DNA of 64,000 nt from Magallana gigas (lineage: Eukaryota), in NCBI RefSeq assembly GCF_963853765.1, contig NC_088856.1:55800001-55864000 (forward strand), in the 5' to 3' direction. This document shows, piece after piece, positions 13,701-26,193 of this stretch. The notes beneath the pieces are model-generated. The model did no database searches. It was not told where the DNA came from and was given only the letters and a program-made list of their open reading frames with translations. Positions within the stretch are counted from its first letter, which is position 1, and every line of letters begins with the position of its first letter. A program made the position numbers and the translations under genes.

Positions 13701-15914
13701 TAAAAAACAAATTGCTGAAAATATTATTAATATCAGTAATGAGGAACCTTTCTTTGGTTATCATGAGGTGTTCAAATACGTCGGGTGTAATCAAATACTA
13801 GTATATCATAAAGCCCTTTTGGGCATCAATTGATTTGATCACAAATATATCGTAAAGCCCTTTGGGCGTTAATTGATTTGATCACGCCCGATTGTTTTTG
13901 GTCACCTCAATATACACAACGAAGAATTCTTTATTTCTTAAATAATAATAAATAAATACCAGAAAAATGTTTTGGCAAAAAGAGGTACATATATTAATTT
14001 AAGTAATATCAGGAACAAATCGGTGTAAATTTTTATTTCATTTCTCTTAAGGGCAAACCTTAGCTATCATCTTCCTTTTATCTTAAAGCTTTTTATAATT
14101 AAAAAATACTAGATCTAGAAAACGGATACTTAAGTTATTCATAAGAAGATGGGGGAATAAGATGGCGCAAATGCCCATTCGGTTTAGTTGTGAAATACAA
14201 TTTTGAATTTATTTTTCCCTAATATTTATTCAAATATATCGTAATAAAACTTTGCAAAAGCAAAATTTCTAACTGTAGTCATTTTTAATATATTTAACAA
14301 AAAATAAGAAAAAAAATATTGTCGGAAATTTTGGTGGTATTGAACCCGTAACATAAAAACCCTTGAGATATAAGGTTAGCTTATGCCAGGTACTCTAACC
14401 ACTGAGCCATTTCAGACACAAAAAAGTGGGCTTTTTAAATATTATGTGTGACTAAGGCCACGAGTTACCGGACTTGGTATTATTTTTTCAAAACGTTGAA
14501 CAATTGTTGGGATACAAAATGATATTCTTAATGTATAGTGGGTCATCTCTCCACGTTTTTGTTGATTGAAATCGGTTTGTTTTCCAATAGACCTTAATTA
14601 GACTATGAAAAATATATGGAGCACAAACCCACTCTATAAAAGAAAATGCCCTGAAGTTCTAAAAAAATGACAGTATTTGCTGGTTTTGATACGTACACGC
14701 CTGTTTGAGTCAACATATTCCAAGTACTGAACACACCTATAGGTTGAAAATCAATGATTCGTTAAATATATATTGTTTTCAATGATTTAAAAAAAACATC
14801 AGATTTATTGATACTTTAATTTTTCAGTAGCCTGTCCGTCCGCGTATACGCATTTTACATGCCTTATCCACCCATCTTCAAATTTATATTTAACTTAGCG
14901 ATTGTGTTAAAAATCATTGGAATATATATTTCGAAAGAACTATCTCGATTTGAAATATTCATAATTCAGGTGCCTCTTTATTGCTTATTAGTTGGCGTCT
15001 AAACCAAATCGTTCATAATATTCAAATTTAACTTTATGTAGCATTGATATTACTATATAAACATCATGTATACATTCTATATCTATATAATTTAATATTG
15101 AAGTACTTTTCAGAGAGTTTTTGGATGGGCGGGACGGACGAGTTTGTTGAAGGTCACTGGATTTGGATCTCTACCATGGACAAAATGACCTTCACCGACT
15201 GGGGTCAAGGTTATCACGACGGCCACGGTTCTCACGAGGACTGTCTCCAGATCCAGGCGGGGGGTCGGTGGAAGGACGCCGTGTGCTCAGTCAGGTCCAA
15301 CTTCATCTGCGAGGTCCCGTACGTTTACATATAATTATAATAATTATATAGTTATAATAATATAAGTCATGGAATTACAAATTTATGAAATATATTCTTA
15401 AAGGAGACTGGTTGGTTAACAAATTAACCATCAGGTCTGTCTAAAATATTAAAATATGATTTCTACAGCTGTAAATTATTATTTAGAAAAGGAAAACTCC
15501 ACATATTTTACCTTTTAAAATTGGATATTTTCCTATAATTTTATACGGGACTCTCCTTCTAATGGAGATAAATACTATACACTCTAAAAATGGCCACGAC
15601 CATCGAGCCCTCGTAAATTTCTGACGGCCAGAGAATTTTATGGGTCCCTTTTTTCCAACAAATAAGGTCCAATATGCCTATACTTGGTAGTCTTTCAGGT
15701 GTGTTTTTTAAATCTGGCTTTCCGAGTAGATAATGGGGCTACACTTCACAACCCCATTCTAGCTGCAGGTCTTTTGAAGCTCTTGGTCTGAAAAAAAAAC
15801 CGTATGAAAACGGATGGGCGACCTGCATGGGAGTTTTTGGTTTTTTTGTTTTTTTTTAACTGTTTACAATTTTTCTGTTTCAGTGCGCTAGGTGGGCCCG
15901 ATATCGTTGGATGA
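10752..15914 (+). CDS. Secreted C-type lectin, perlucin-like, copy 1 (164 aa)
   Basis: Exons 10752-10809 (signal peptide MAMISVRSGLGLWCIILSA), 11635-11735 (CPEGFFPHGDSCYFFS...WIEAG), 13277-13376 (FCNRFNGGDLVAVESHSENEFL), 15114-15318 (FWMGGTD...EDC...WKDAVC...FICE), 15884-15914 (PALGGPDIVG*). Total 495 nt, in frame. Confidence 0.9.
10937..11426. mobile_element. TTAA-flanked MITE (~490 bp, Kolobok-like) in lectin 1 intron 1
   Basis: TTAA|aggagcatggtcacg ... cgtgaccatgcccct|TTAA. Confidence 0.8.
11722..12710 (+). repeat. 55-bp minisatellite (18 units) built from the lectin 1 exon 2 end plus splice donor
   Basis: Unit gatcgaggccggg|gtaatgtaacgttactaaggaacggtaactctgtaatattga; donor positions recur every 55 nt from 11736 to 12671. 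Confidence 0.95.
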
Positions 15915-16913
15915 TGTACATGATGATGTTGTTTACATATTGTTTATGTGACTCTGTACTTGTTTCCGAATATATCTATAAAGTTACACAGATGTTTGTG
16001 TTTATTCTACCAGCAACCTTTCATAAACTCTTCTGATGTACTTTATTCCTAGTAGCCGCTGGAAATGTTCAAATATTGTAAACCAACTATTATTTGCGAC
16101 GACTTTATTTCGCGATTTCCGCGAGATGAAATGGTTCACGGCGACCGGTTTGCGTGACCAAGCCTAATCCACACCTGTTTATTTTTTGTTTTTGGGGTTT
16201 TTTTTTCAGTACACCAATATGGCAAATACTGATCTGCGGCGAGAAATATTTGCGACAACAAGGCTTTCGCGAACCTCGCGAAAATTTCTTACAAGCGAAT
16301 AAGAGTACAGTATATGTCATAAAAATTCAGGTTTATTCAACAGTTACTGTAGTCCAACGTCTTTGCTTGTTTGATGGATATAAACATGAAATTTATTTAT
16401 CAATTTTCCCCTAAGAAAAAGGATTTTGAATTGATTATAGTGTATAATATAGCACTATAGTTGTTTCCTGTCGGGCTGTGGGTAACCGGTTCCATAGTAA
16501 CCGAGACAAAGATCTAGAATGGAAAAATTTCTATTAAAACTAATTTTTTTCATAATGTATTCTTTCCCTAACAATGAAAAGCCTAGTAAATTGTTCACAT
16601 TTCTCATAATAATACCCCAAATAAGTTTTGAATTCCTAACCTTACCCTGATTTATACAACATTATCGTTTGCGTGACCAAATCTAAGTCTGATGATAAAA
16701 GGTTGTTTGTAATTATAATCCTGTCATTGTACAATGTGGGGGGAAATGACTAGAAATGAAGTCTTTGCTTTTAAATGTCTTTTAAAGTATAGTTAACATA
16801 CTTCCAAAAGTAAGTACATGTACTTGGGTATAAATTCGTTATATACATGGATATTTACTAATGGCAGAGCTGTTCCTCCGTACTCAACAGATAAGACAAC
16901 ACTTACACTCACA

Positions 16914-19900
16914 ATGTGGCACCGAGTTCTGGTATTGTGGATAACTGGACTTATACAAGGTTCTGGGTATACGTCTTCTTACTTTATAGTGAGGTGTTCA
17001 TGCATTGTTTTCTACATCAGTACAACGACGCATATTTAAGAACAAAATGAATATCTTGTAAATTCCAAATTTGTGATAAGCAAACCCTAATCTAATTACA
17101 TGTAAAGTGAGATCGTTGATCCGCTCCTAATAGATCACTACACAAAGAAGCGATCTAATAGGAGCGGATCAAAGATCTAATTTTTATTAGATTGAAGCAT
17201 GCCCCGATACATCGTTGAACTTTTTAAAAATATTCAATTTCATAAAATGTCCAAATAGCAACATGGAAAATATTTTCTTATTATATAAGTAACTTATTAA
17301 TGTGTGTCGACACAATATCTGCATGTTGGAGCCCCTGACTCGGTACAAAGACAACTGATTATTTTTACAGATAGAAACGTGATTTACTGTATGTTTTATG
17401 TATACTAATAGATACAAAATTCTATTAATATGTAATAAGCCATAAAGTTATCGTAAAAAAGAATATGGTAGTTGAAAACAAACTTATGATAAGCTTATAT
17501 TTGATAAATAATTAAAGTGGGGATTGGATGTTTTCCTAAGTTAAAAAATTTCAAATTGTGATCAACAGTCCTACTATTATTATCAACTATTATCAGAAAA
17601 GTTGTACAATTGTTGTAAATAGCTAAACATGATTTGATCCTTATATTTCAAAGTAAAAATATTCTAAATTATCAAATAATCTTAATTTTCAATAATTCAA
17701 GGAATTTGATATGAGATAAACTCTCCAATGTGTTTTTCGTACAGCTTTTACGTTGGTGGTCTTAGTATTAAATCGCTGTACATTCAATTTCATTTAAAGT
17801 ATACACAGCACAAGAGGCGTGTCCTGAGGGATTTTTCCAACATGGGACCTCCTGTTATTTCTTCTCCTCCCACCTGGCGGCAGACTGGATCGAGGCGGGG
17901 GTAATGTAACGTTACCAAGGAACGGTAACTCTGTAATATACAGATCGAGGCGGGGGTAATGTAACGTTACTATGGAACGGTAACTCTGTAATATTGAGAT
18001 CGAGGCGGCGGTAATGTAACGTTACTATGGAACGGTAACTCTGTCATATTTAGATCGAGGCGGGGGTAATGTAACGTTACTAAGAAACGGTAACTCTGCC
18101 ATATTAGGATCGAGGCGGGGGTAATATACTAGTAATCTTACTAAGGAACGGTAACTCTGTGAATTAAAGTTAAATAAATGTAAAATCGTATATTTGAATC
18201 CGCTCTTTATCTAAAATCTATGTAAATTCTATGTATAAATCGGAGATCTTATTTTTGACGATTTTGATTAATTTTATCCAGTAGAACAAATATATTAAGC
18301 TCCCTTTAAAAGAGTTAGATGTAGGTTAAAGCAATATAAGCTGCAATTTTCATGTTGGATTTTTTTGGTGAAAATGTAACTAATTACTTTAGTATTACAT
18401 TGACCAAATTAAAGTATAATAACATTATGGTTTTCAAACTTCTGTACGTTATATTTCCTAGGGGGGAGCTATTTTTCAGGCACTGATTAAAGACAAATTA
18501 CATCACTGTCGTTCAGTACAAAAATTGCTTTGCTATATATATATATATATATATTCCATTATATAGGAATCTTTATCTTTATAAGATTTTAAAGATTTAT
18601 TTTCCACCTATTCATCACCTAGGTTCACCTAAACACAGAATTATCATCTTGGCTTGTCCAGGCAGCAAAATTAAATTCTCTAAAATACAGCTCATGATGT
18701 CGTACCAGGAATATACAATGTGTAATATCAAATAATACTAAATACATGTCTTTAGTGTTTGATATTTTAGAGTTTGCAATATTACCCTCACAAATCTTTC
18801 CCGATTTACCGAAACTGAAGCCCAAGAAATCAAGTTCATAATTTCTAAAGGCGGTCGTTTTACTATGATCCAATAATATATATTAAGCATAAAAAAAATA
18901 TATTAAGTAAGGATTAAGACTTTAATTTGTAAATAATTGCTAATTCATATCCTGATGTAATTTCTATTCCAGTCTTTCTGCAGAAGGTTCAATGGTGGAG
19001 ATCTTGTTGCCATAGAAACACAATCTGAAAACACGTTTATTTACCAGCAATTACTTTTGATGCATGATCATAGTAAGAGACTTTATGAATATAAATATAA
19101 AAGTCTACGGGTATTGTATTTAAAAAAATATTACTGGTCTCGTCCTTCAATGTTTAAGTTAGTTCAACTCCTTGCCATTCATAATCGCATACAATTGTGC
19201 CATCTCGCAATGTTTCTGCGTGAGGCAGGTAAAAAACGGGATGTCGGATAACTAGTACATCCAACTGATGTATTATTACTATCACTATTATTATTAATAT
19301 TACTATTATTATCATTATTATCATTATTATAATCATTTGATTTATTGATTTATAGGGTCTCTCCTCCTATGAATGTACATGTATGAATAATATTTTTTTA
19401 GAATATTGTTTAACGTCAATAGCGAACTGTTTGATTTTGATTGGATAGAGTGTAGCATTATATATTTATAATTATGTACATATGTTTCAACAGCTTATAA
19501 TTCATTTGAATTTAGCCAATAAACAATACAATGAATAATTTACATTATCAAGTCATCATTTGCTTTGTCCTCTATCACTAATTCCTCTATTGCTAAAAAT
19601 AGTCTCTTTTTATATAAACTGAAAAAAGAGAAAGATGCCATCTTGAATTTTTTTAAGTAATTTAATAGGCTTCAAATTTCACAAAATTTTGAGAACATAC
19701 AATAAAAAATAGGCATCGAAATTGATTTCGTATATATACCTTATTAAAGAACAACGTGACCTTTAATTCCGGAATCAAGCTCAAGCACACACCGATAATC
19801 GTGCATACAATCGTTGATACATCATATAAAGCACGCACACACCGATAATTGTGTACACATTCAACCAAGCACACACACCGATACTTCTTTTAACGTACTA

Positions 19901-22053
19901 AAATTCACAAGTCGATTATATATGCATATATATGTATACATCCTATCAAGCACACCTCGATTACTGTGTATGCATCCTTCCCTCACCAACTCTGTTCATT
20001 ATATAAATCTTGTATTATCATATATCTTCTTATATAGATAATTTCTGGATCGGAGGGACGGACGAGTTTGTAGAGGGACACTGGGTCTGGATTCCCACGA
20101 TGCAGAGGCTGGGCTTCACCGACTGGAGTCCGGGAAACCCCAGCGACAGCAGCTCCAACGAGGACTGCATGGAGATCATTGTGGGTCACTCGGCGCCGAC
20201 CACCCACTGGAACGACGACGACTGCTCCAAGAAAGCAAACTTCATCTGCGAAGTCCCGTATGTAAAGTAGATGAACGTTTTTGTTCAGACTACTTTATGT
20301 TTCATTAATATCCCAACACACTACAAGCATTGTTTTCATACTCAGTCGAGGAGCATATATATACTACAGTTTTAATATAACGCTTTATTTCATCTACACT
20401 ATTTCGATTCAGTGGGGCTTTTTAGGTCACCTGAGTAAACTCGGGTGCCCTATTGCTATCCGTTTTCGTCCGTCGTCGAGCGTCGTGCGACGTGCGCCGT
20501 GCGTTGTCCGTTGTGCGTTAATAATTTTACATTTTTAACTTTTTCTTAAAAACTACAAGGCTAATTGTTACCATTTTTGATGTGAGGCATCTCTATGGTA
20601 AGAGGAATCTAAATTGTAAAATGCATGGCTCTACCACCCCTAGGACGCTACAGGTGGGGCCAAATATGCAAAAAAAAGAGCCAAATTTTCAAAAATCTTC
20701 TTCTCTACTCCCACACATGTTAGGAAAAAACTGGTTGCATAGTTATAATGTCCATGAAGCCCTCTACATAAATTGTGAAATTCATGGCCCCTGGGTCAGG
20801 GGTACAGGCTCTAGGATGGGGCCAATATGGCCATAAAGTAAAAATGTATTAAATCTTAAAAACTCTTCTTCTCTACTCCCACACATGTGGGCAAAAAACT
20901 AAATAAATGGTTATGATGTCCACTAACTCCTCTACCTAAATTGTGAAATTCATGGCCCCTGGGTCATGGGTTCAGGACATGGTGAGGACAATATGGCCAT
21001 ATCGTAAAAATGTTTTAAATCTTCTCTACTCCCTTATATATTTGTTAAAAACAAAATGCATGATTATGATGTCCATGAGGCCATCTACCAAAATTGTGAA
21101 ATTCATGGCCCCTGGGTCAGGGGTTCAGGCTCTAGGGTGGGGCTAATATGACCATATAGTAAAAATGTATTAAGTCTTACAAAATCATCTTCTTTACTCC
21201 CATATATATTTTTTAAAAACTAAATGCCTGGTTTTAATGTCCATGAAGCCCTCTACCAAAATTGTGAAATTCATGACCTCTGTGTTAGGGGTTCAGGCTA
21301 TATGGTTGAGCCAATATGGCCATATTGTAAAAATGTTTTAAATCTTAAATTTTTTTCTTCTCTACTCCCACAATTACATGGTTATGATGTCCACCAACTC
21401 CTCTACTTAAATTGTGAAATTCATGGCCCCTGGGTCAGGGGTTCAAGACATGGAGGAGGGGGGGGGGACAATATGGCAATATAGTGTCAATGCATATAAT
21501 GTTTAAAAATCTTCTCTATTCTCACACGTCTGTATGAAAAACTGACTCCATTATTATGTTTACCACGAAGTCCTCTACTAAAATTTTAAATTTTATGTCC
21601 CCTGGAGTATGGGTTTTGACTTTAGGGCAGGGCCAAAATGGATGTATAGGTGTTAATGCATACAATGTATAAAAATTATCTTCTTTACTCCCACACACCT
21701 CAAAGGAAAATTGAATTCATGATTTTGTAGACCAGAGGTTTAAGATTTTCACCAAAATTATAGGTTCACAGTTCTTTTTGAAAGAATTCAGGCAGGTAGG
21801 TGGTCGTCATTACATATTTATAATTTTCTACTCCAAAATGAAACCTAATTTAATGCATACATGAGACTCGTTGACAAGTTTGTGTATGAGTTATATGCTT
21901 CTCAGGGGACCATTAAGGCCTATTGGCCTCTTGTTTATTGTTGCTATGATCTCAAATTTTAAAAAAAATACATATAGCGGAAGTACATCTTAAATTTCTG
22001 TACATTTTTGTTACAGGATGTTAGATGGTTCACCGATAAATGTAATTGGATGA
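16914..22053 (+). CDS. Secreted C-type lectin, perlucin-like, copy 2 (167 aa)
   Basis: Exons 16914-16959 (MWHRVLVLWITGLIQ; donor weaker), 17800-17900, 18973-19072, 20038-20257 (FWIGGTD...WSPGNPSD...EDC...WNDDDC...FICE), 22017-22053 (PMLDGSPINVIG*). Total 504 nt, in frame; exon 2 and 3 sizes identical to copy 1. Confidence 0.9.
17887..18160 (+). repeat. 55-bp exon-2/donor minisatellite (5 units) in lectin 2
   Basis: Donor-like gtaat at 17901, 17956, 18011, 18066, 18121. Confidence 0.9.
20419..21936 (+). mobile_element. Non-autonomous Helentron/HINE-type element with ~150-170-bp internal tandem repeats, in lectin 2 intron 4
   Basis: 5' tttttaggtcacctgag, a cgtcc/cgtcg microsatellite-like stretch, repeated aaattgtgaaattcatggcccctgggtcagggg units, 3' hairpin aggcctattggcct followed by cttgttt. 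Resembles oyster satellite-carrying HINEs (from recall). Confidence 0.8.
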
Positions 22054-23183
22054 TCTTGATGTTTGATGACAAGAAATAAATCATCGTCACGTGCACGTGG
22101 TCCATAAGATTGTTTGGTTGTTTTGTTTTGTTTGTTTGTTTTTTTAAATTTTTTATTTAATCATTTTTTGCGGGGGCGGTGAGGGTTTTGTACCAGTGAA
22201 AAAATATAGTAAAATGTAAGTATATATGACGTGTACTCAAGTGTATACGTACCATACATATTCATTTTTTTTCCAAAATTCGTTTTTATGATATGTGTTA
22301 CAATAATCTTAACAAAGGGAACTAATAACATCATCTACTGCTCGAAATCATGTGCAATGCTCAGAACACAAAAAAGTTGTTGTTTTAAGAAACTATATTA
22401 GCTGCACAAGTGTCTGTGACGTTTTGCGCTTATATTTTAAGGAAAACAGCTTTTGAAATAAAGGCTTTTAGAGTGTCAACATGTTTAATATTTAATGTTT
22501 TCACAATTGAATTATTAAACAGTTAACGGTGTCAAATTTAAAAAGGGTAATATTTCTTTAAAAAAAACCAAAAAAAACCCCCAAAACAGACTTCTTTTTA
22601 CTAAGCTTTTGCATGATTCTTTAGCTGGAAGTCAACTAAACCTTCTGATTTTTATTTCTACATTTTGCAGCCCTTCAGTGAATCTTGTAGATGTATGTGC
22701 ATTGTATGTGATGCTCAAAATGCTAAAAACAAAACTTTCTAAAGAGAACTCTGAAAAAATTCCAAAGTGTCCTCAAAATCATTTTCAAGGAAATTATCTA
22801 CTTTCTCAGAGTTTCTCTGAACCTTTAACAGGATCTAAAGAATATTAAGTCAAGTCAAAAGTTTCATTGCATTTAAAGTTTATATCATGTGATGTATTGA
22901 TATTAAAAACTGTATATATTGAAATAGTTTCAGGGTGTGTTTATATAGCTAGAGAGGAGAGTGGTGCGCTAATTAAATACATGTAATAACTACCTGTATA
23001 TAGTGAACATTACTAAATAAATGCATTATTTCATATTTGTACTAATATGTATCTTGTGTAGCACACGTTTATCTAAATATGTAGTGTTTGTGCTAACGTT
23101 TATGGAAATAAACTAGAAACAAAAAATGCGTTTATTCTATCCAATATTAAAATGGGGAATGTATGTACGTCAACTCAATAACA

Positions 23184-23325
23184 CTGGCCCCACCGTCACC
23201 AACTTTCCTCAAGTCAATACTCAGCTTCAAGTCTGAGTTTTACTTCATATTTATGCACTTCTTTCAATGATTTGGGCTGAGGACTGAATTAAGAGATTTG
23301 AAAATGTTGATGCCTGTGGGGCCTG
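23184..23325. mobile_element. ~140-bp MITE, same family as 4250-4394
   Basis: Begins ctggccccaccgtcaccaactttcctcaagtcaatactcag, the reverse complement of the 3' half of the 4250 copy. Confidence 0.7.
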
Positions 23326-24066
23326 TTCTTCATATTGACCTCTGGCAGACAGATAAGGAATCCATTTGCCATGATTGTTCGACACACTTCTTCTCCAAGG
23401 TAAAAGTACATGTATAAGGAGAAATTGCTTTTAGATGTTAATTAAAATCGCTGGATCCTCTTTATATATATTTATAACCCAATCTTTGTTTTTTTATTTC
23501 TCCTTCATCAATGGTCAACACGTCAGGCACGTAGCATCAAGGCAGGGGGGGGGGGGGGGCAGGAGGGGCGTAACCCTCCCCCCCACGTTTTTGCGCAGCA
23601 AAGATTTTTTTTAAATTTACATACAAAAAATTGAATTAAGATAGAGTTGGTCCCCCCCCCCCCCCCACTTTTCTGCGACCATGTAAAAATTGAATTGAGA
23701 GTAAGGTAATAAACAGTGAAATTGAAGTTAAAAGTATACCTACTGCCCCCCCCCCCCCCCTCCCACGGATTAGGATTTTCAGAATTTTGGAAAGAGGCAG
23801 GGATAATGTAACGACGTGTTAGAGGCAGGGGTAAGGTAACCATGTGATAGAATGAGGGGGTAATTTAACGACGTGATAAAGGCAGGGATAATGTAACGAC
23901 GTAATACAGACAGAGGTAATGTAACGACCTAATAGAGATAGGGGTAATGTTATGACGTGATAGAGACACGGTTAATGTTATGAGGTGATAGAGACAGGGG
24001 TAATGTAACCACGTGATAGAGGCAGGGATGATGTAAAGACGTGAGAGAGACAGGGGTAATGTAACC
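23323..24066 (+). pseudogene. Decayed fourth C-type lectin copy (exon 1 and exon 2 remnants)
   Basis: ctgttcttcatattgacctctggcagacagataaggaatccatttgccATGattgttc aligns with the region before lectin 3 exon 1 (from ~26017). The exon is only 29 nt (23371-23399), so it is frameshifted and lacks the hydrophobic core. At ~23786, tggaaagaggcaggg (W-K-E-A-G) matches the exon 2 end W-I-E-A-G. Confidence 0.65.
23793..24066 (+). repeat. 28-bp minisatellite (~10 units), half-length relative of the 55-bp donor repeat
   Basis: Unit agaggcaggggtaatgtaacgacgtgat. Confidence 0.85.
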
Positions 24067-24373
24067 AGCCTGTATGTAACCAGTAAGCTAGCCTGGTTCC
24101 TGTGCGTAATGGGTAGCTCAGGGAACCAGGCTAGCACACGTGAATCGGGATCGGGATTCCATGTCATATACACATATAAGTTCAAAGGCGCTGTAATTGT
24201 AAAGTTGTCGGTAAACAGTACAGAAACAGTGTATTCCTTTTAAATAAATGATTGGCAGGTGATATAAACTGTCAGTATTATGAAATAAGTTAATGTTATG
24301 CCGAAACTACAACATGCATCAAATAGCATAATTTGCAACGTTTCGTCGTTTTCCGAATACACATGTAGCTTAA

Positions 24374-25303
24374 GGTATCCCACTCCTCAATGTTGATGTA
24401 TCAAGATTTTCTTGAGAAGTATATCATTGAAATCTGTAGACAAAACAAACTTAAAAAATACAAAGATAATGGGGGATCAGTATCCATCCCTCTGAGTTAA
24501 GGCCCATTTAATTTGACTTTTTTGCACCTAAAATGCAATTTCATCCTGATTAGGATTTGTTGTCAGTATTTTTGATTAAGCAAACTTATTTCTTCAAATA
24601 TTGTTTTTAATTATACACAATGGTCACATTGAATAGAGGGATTACGAAAAAAAATTCTAAAAAGCTGCATAATTTTTTGTGTGACCTTTTTGCACTTAAA
24701 ATAGACAATTTCTTTAATAGTTACAATTGGATTTGAAATAAAAACTTTTTGAATATCAAGAATTTTATAAGATTAATCCAGTTTGCCTAAATATGTATTC
24801 ACTATCATTTTGACATAATATAACATGGGGGTCAGTGATGTCAAATTTTTGATATAGGGCTTCAAAGGTAAAATTCTCGCAAAATTTGGCTTTAAAAAAT
24901 TCAGACATGTTCTATATATATGCATGATTTTATGCTAAACGGCTATCACATTCTCAAGATTTGATTTTGTACATGTCACACAGAACCTATAAAATATGTT
25001 ACAAACCTATCAAATGTTAAAAATGGGAATAATGATTAAAGTATAATAAAAAGAAAAGTATATTGAAAATTCATAAAATGGCTTGTTTCTGTCATTTTTG
25101 TCTAAAAAACCTTCCGCACGAAAAAAGAGTTCCCCAAAAAACTTGTTTGTTTCTTGACTTCAAATGGATTTTCTTTATGAATGTTGTGTAATTATGAAAT
25201 AATAATCTATCTGTGATGATTAAATAAATAAAATCATATTCATTTTAAATACAGTATAATGATCATCTGCGCAATGAAATCAAAACATGAGGAGTGAGAT
25301 ACC
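24374..25303. mobile_element. TTAA-flanked non-autonomous DNA transposon (~930 bp, Kolobok-like)
   Basis: TTAA|ggtatcccactcctca ... tgaggagtgagatacc|TTAA. Confidence 0.8.
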
Positions 25304-25421
25304 TTAACTTTACTTTTATAGTAGGCGAGGCTAGACTTCCTGCCGATGAAAAGTTTTTAAGCATTTAAGTATGATGGAATAATTATTTGACTATATATAA
25401 TAGATGATTGGATAATTATGT

Positions 25422-25424
25422 CAT

Positions 25425-25458
<34 letters not shown>

Positions 25459-25571
25459 GAAGGATAATTGTGTTTGCCAGGGGGGGGGGGGGGGGGGTCC
25501 GAGGCCTATTTTCGCGATAATTTTACTATGTAAATTTAATAAATTTTCATTTTCCAGGGGGGGTCGGGACC

Positions 25572-25608
<37 letters not shown>
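25422..25608. mobile_element. G/C-tract MITE with 5-bp target-site duplication
   Basis: TIR catgcgcggatccag / ctagatccgcgcatg, flanked by tatgt on both sides. Confidence 0.8.
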
Positions 25609-25609
<1 letters not shown>

Positions 25610-25808
25610 ATGTCACTGTATAAAAGTTTAAATCTCAAGAAAAATGCATAATAATATGAAATTAATTTACACAAAGCTGTCGCTGCTTAGTTAATAAAGT
25701 AGTGCGAATCGTAATGTGTGCGCAAATAGTAGAATTCGCCGAATGCCTGCTTTCATGTTTCGTTGGAAACATATGCATATGGTCCACGTATTGCAGTCCT
25801 TTTTTAAA

Positions 25809-25941
25809 NNNNNNNNNNNNNNNNNNNNNNNNNNNNNNNNNNNNNNNNNNNNNNNNNNNNNNNNNNNNNNNNNNNNNNNNNNNNNNNNNNNNNNNNNNNN
25901 NNNNNNNNNNNNNNNNNNNNNNNNNNNNNNNNNNNNNNNNN
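25809..25941. other. Assembly gap (N run)
   Basis: 133 consecutive N. Confidence 0.99.
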
Positions 25942-26064
25942 TTATAATGGATTAAGACGCGAACAACATACATGTATGATTTGTTGGATTTTCCTTTCTA
26001 ATATTTGTCTGCAAAGCTGTTCTACATATTGACCTCTGGTAGAAAGATAAGAAATACATTTACC

Positions 26065-26133
26065 ATGATGATTGTTCAATATGCTAATGTCGTATTTTTG
26101 GCGATTCTCCTTCTCAAAGGTACATATAGTAGA

Positions 26134-26193
<60 letters not shown>

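Noticed and set aside
14335-14410. tRNA-like A/B boxes (also near 39960-40030 and 50345-50415)
   Set aside because: No complete cloverleaf or acceptor stem; better explained as degenerate repeat-internal sequence.
15319-15334. Lectin ORFs ending at the stops shown in the ORF track (15334, 20270, 30322)
   Set aside because: The conserved CC|GTAYGT is a donor, and each copy has a matching in-frame terminal exon ending I/V-G-stop.
20538-21484. Cluster of ORFs with recurring HGPWVRG / KFMAPGS peptides
   Set aside because: Translations of the HINE internal tandem repeat in different frames, not a gene.
25662-25973. ORFs spanning the N run
   Set aside because: Artefacts of translating the assembly gap.
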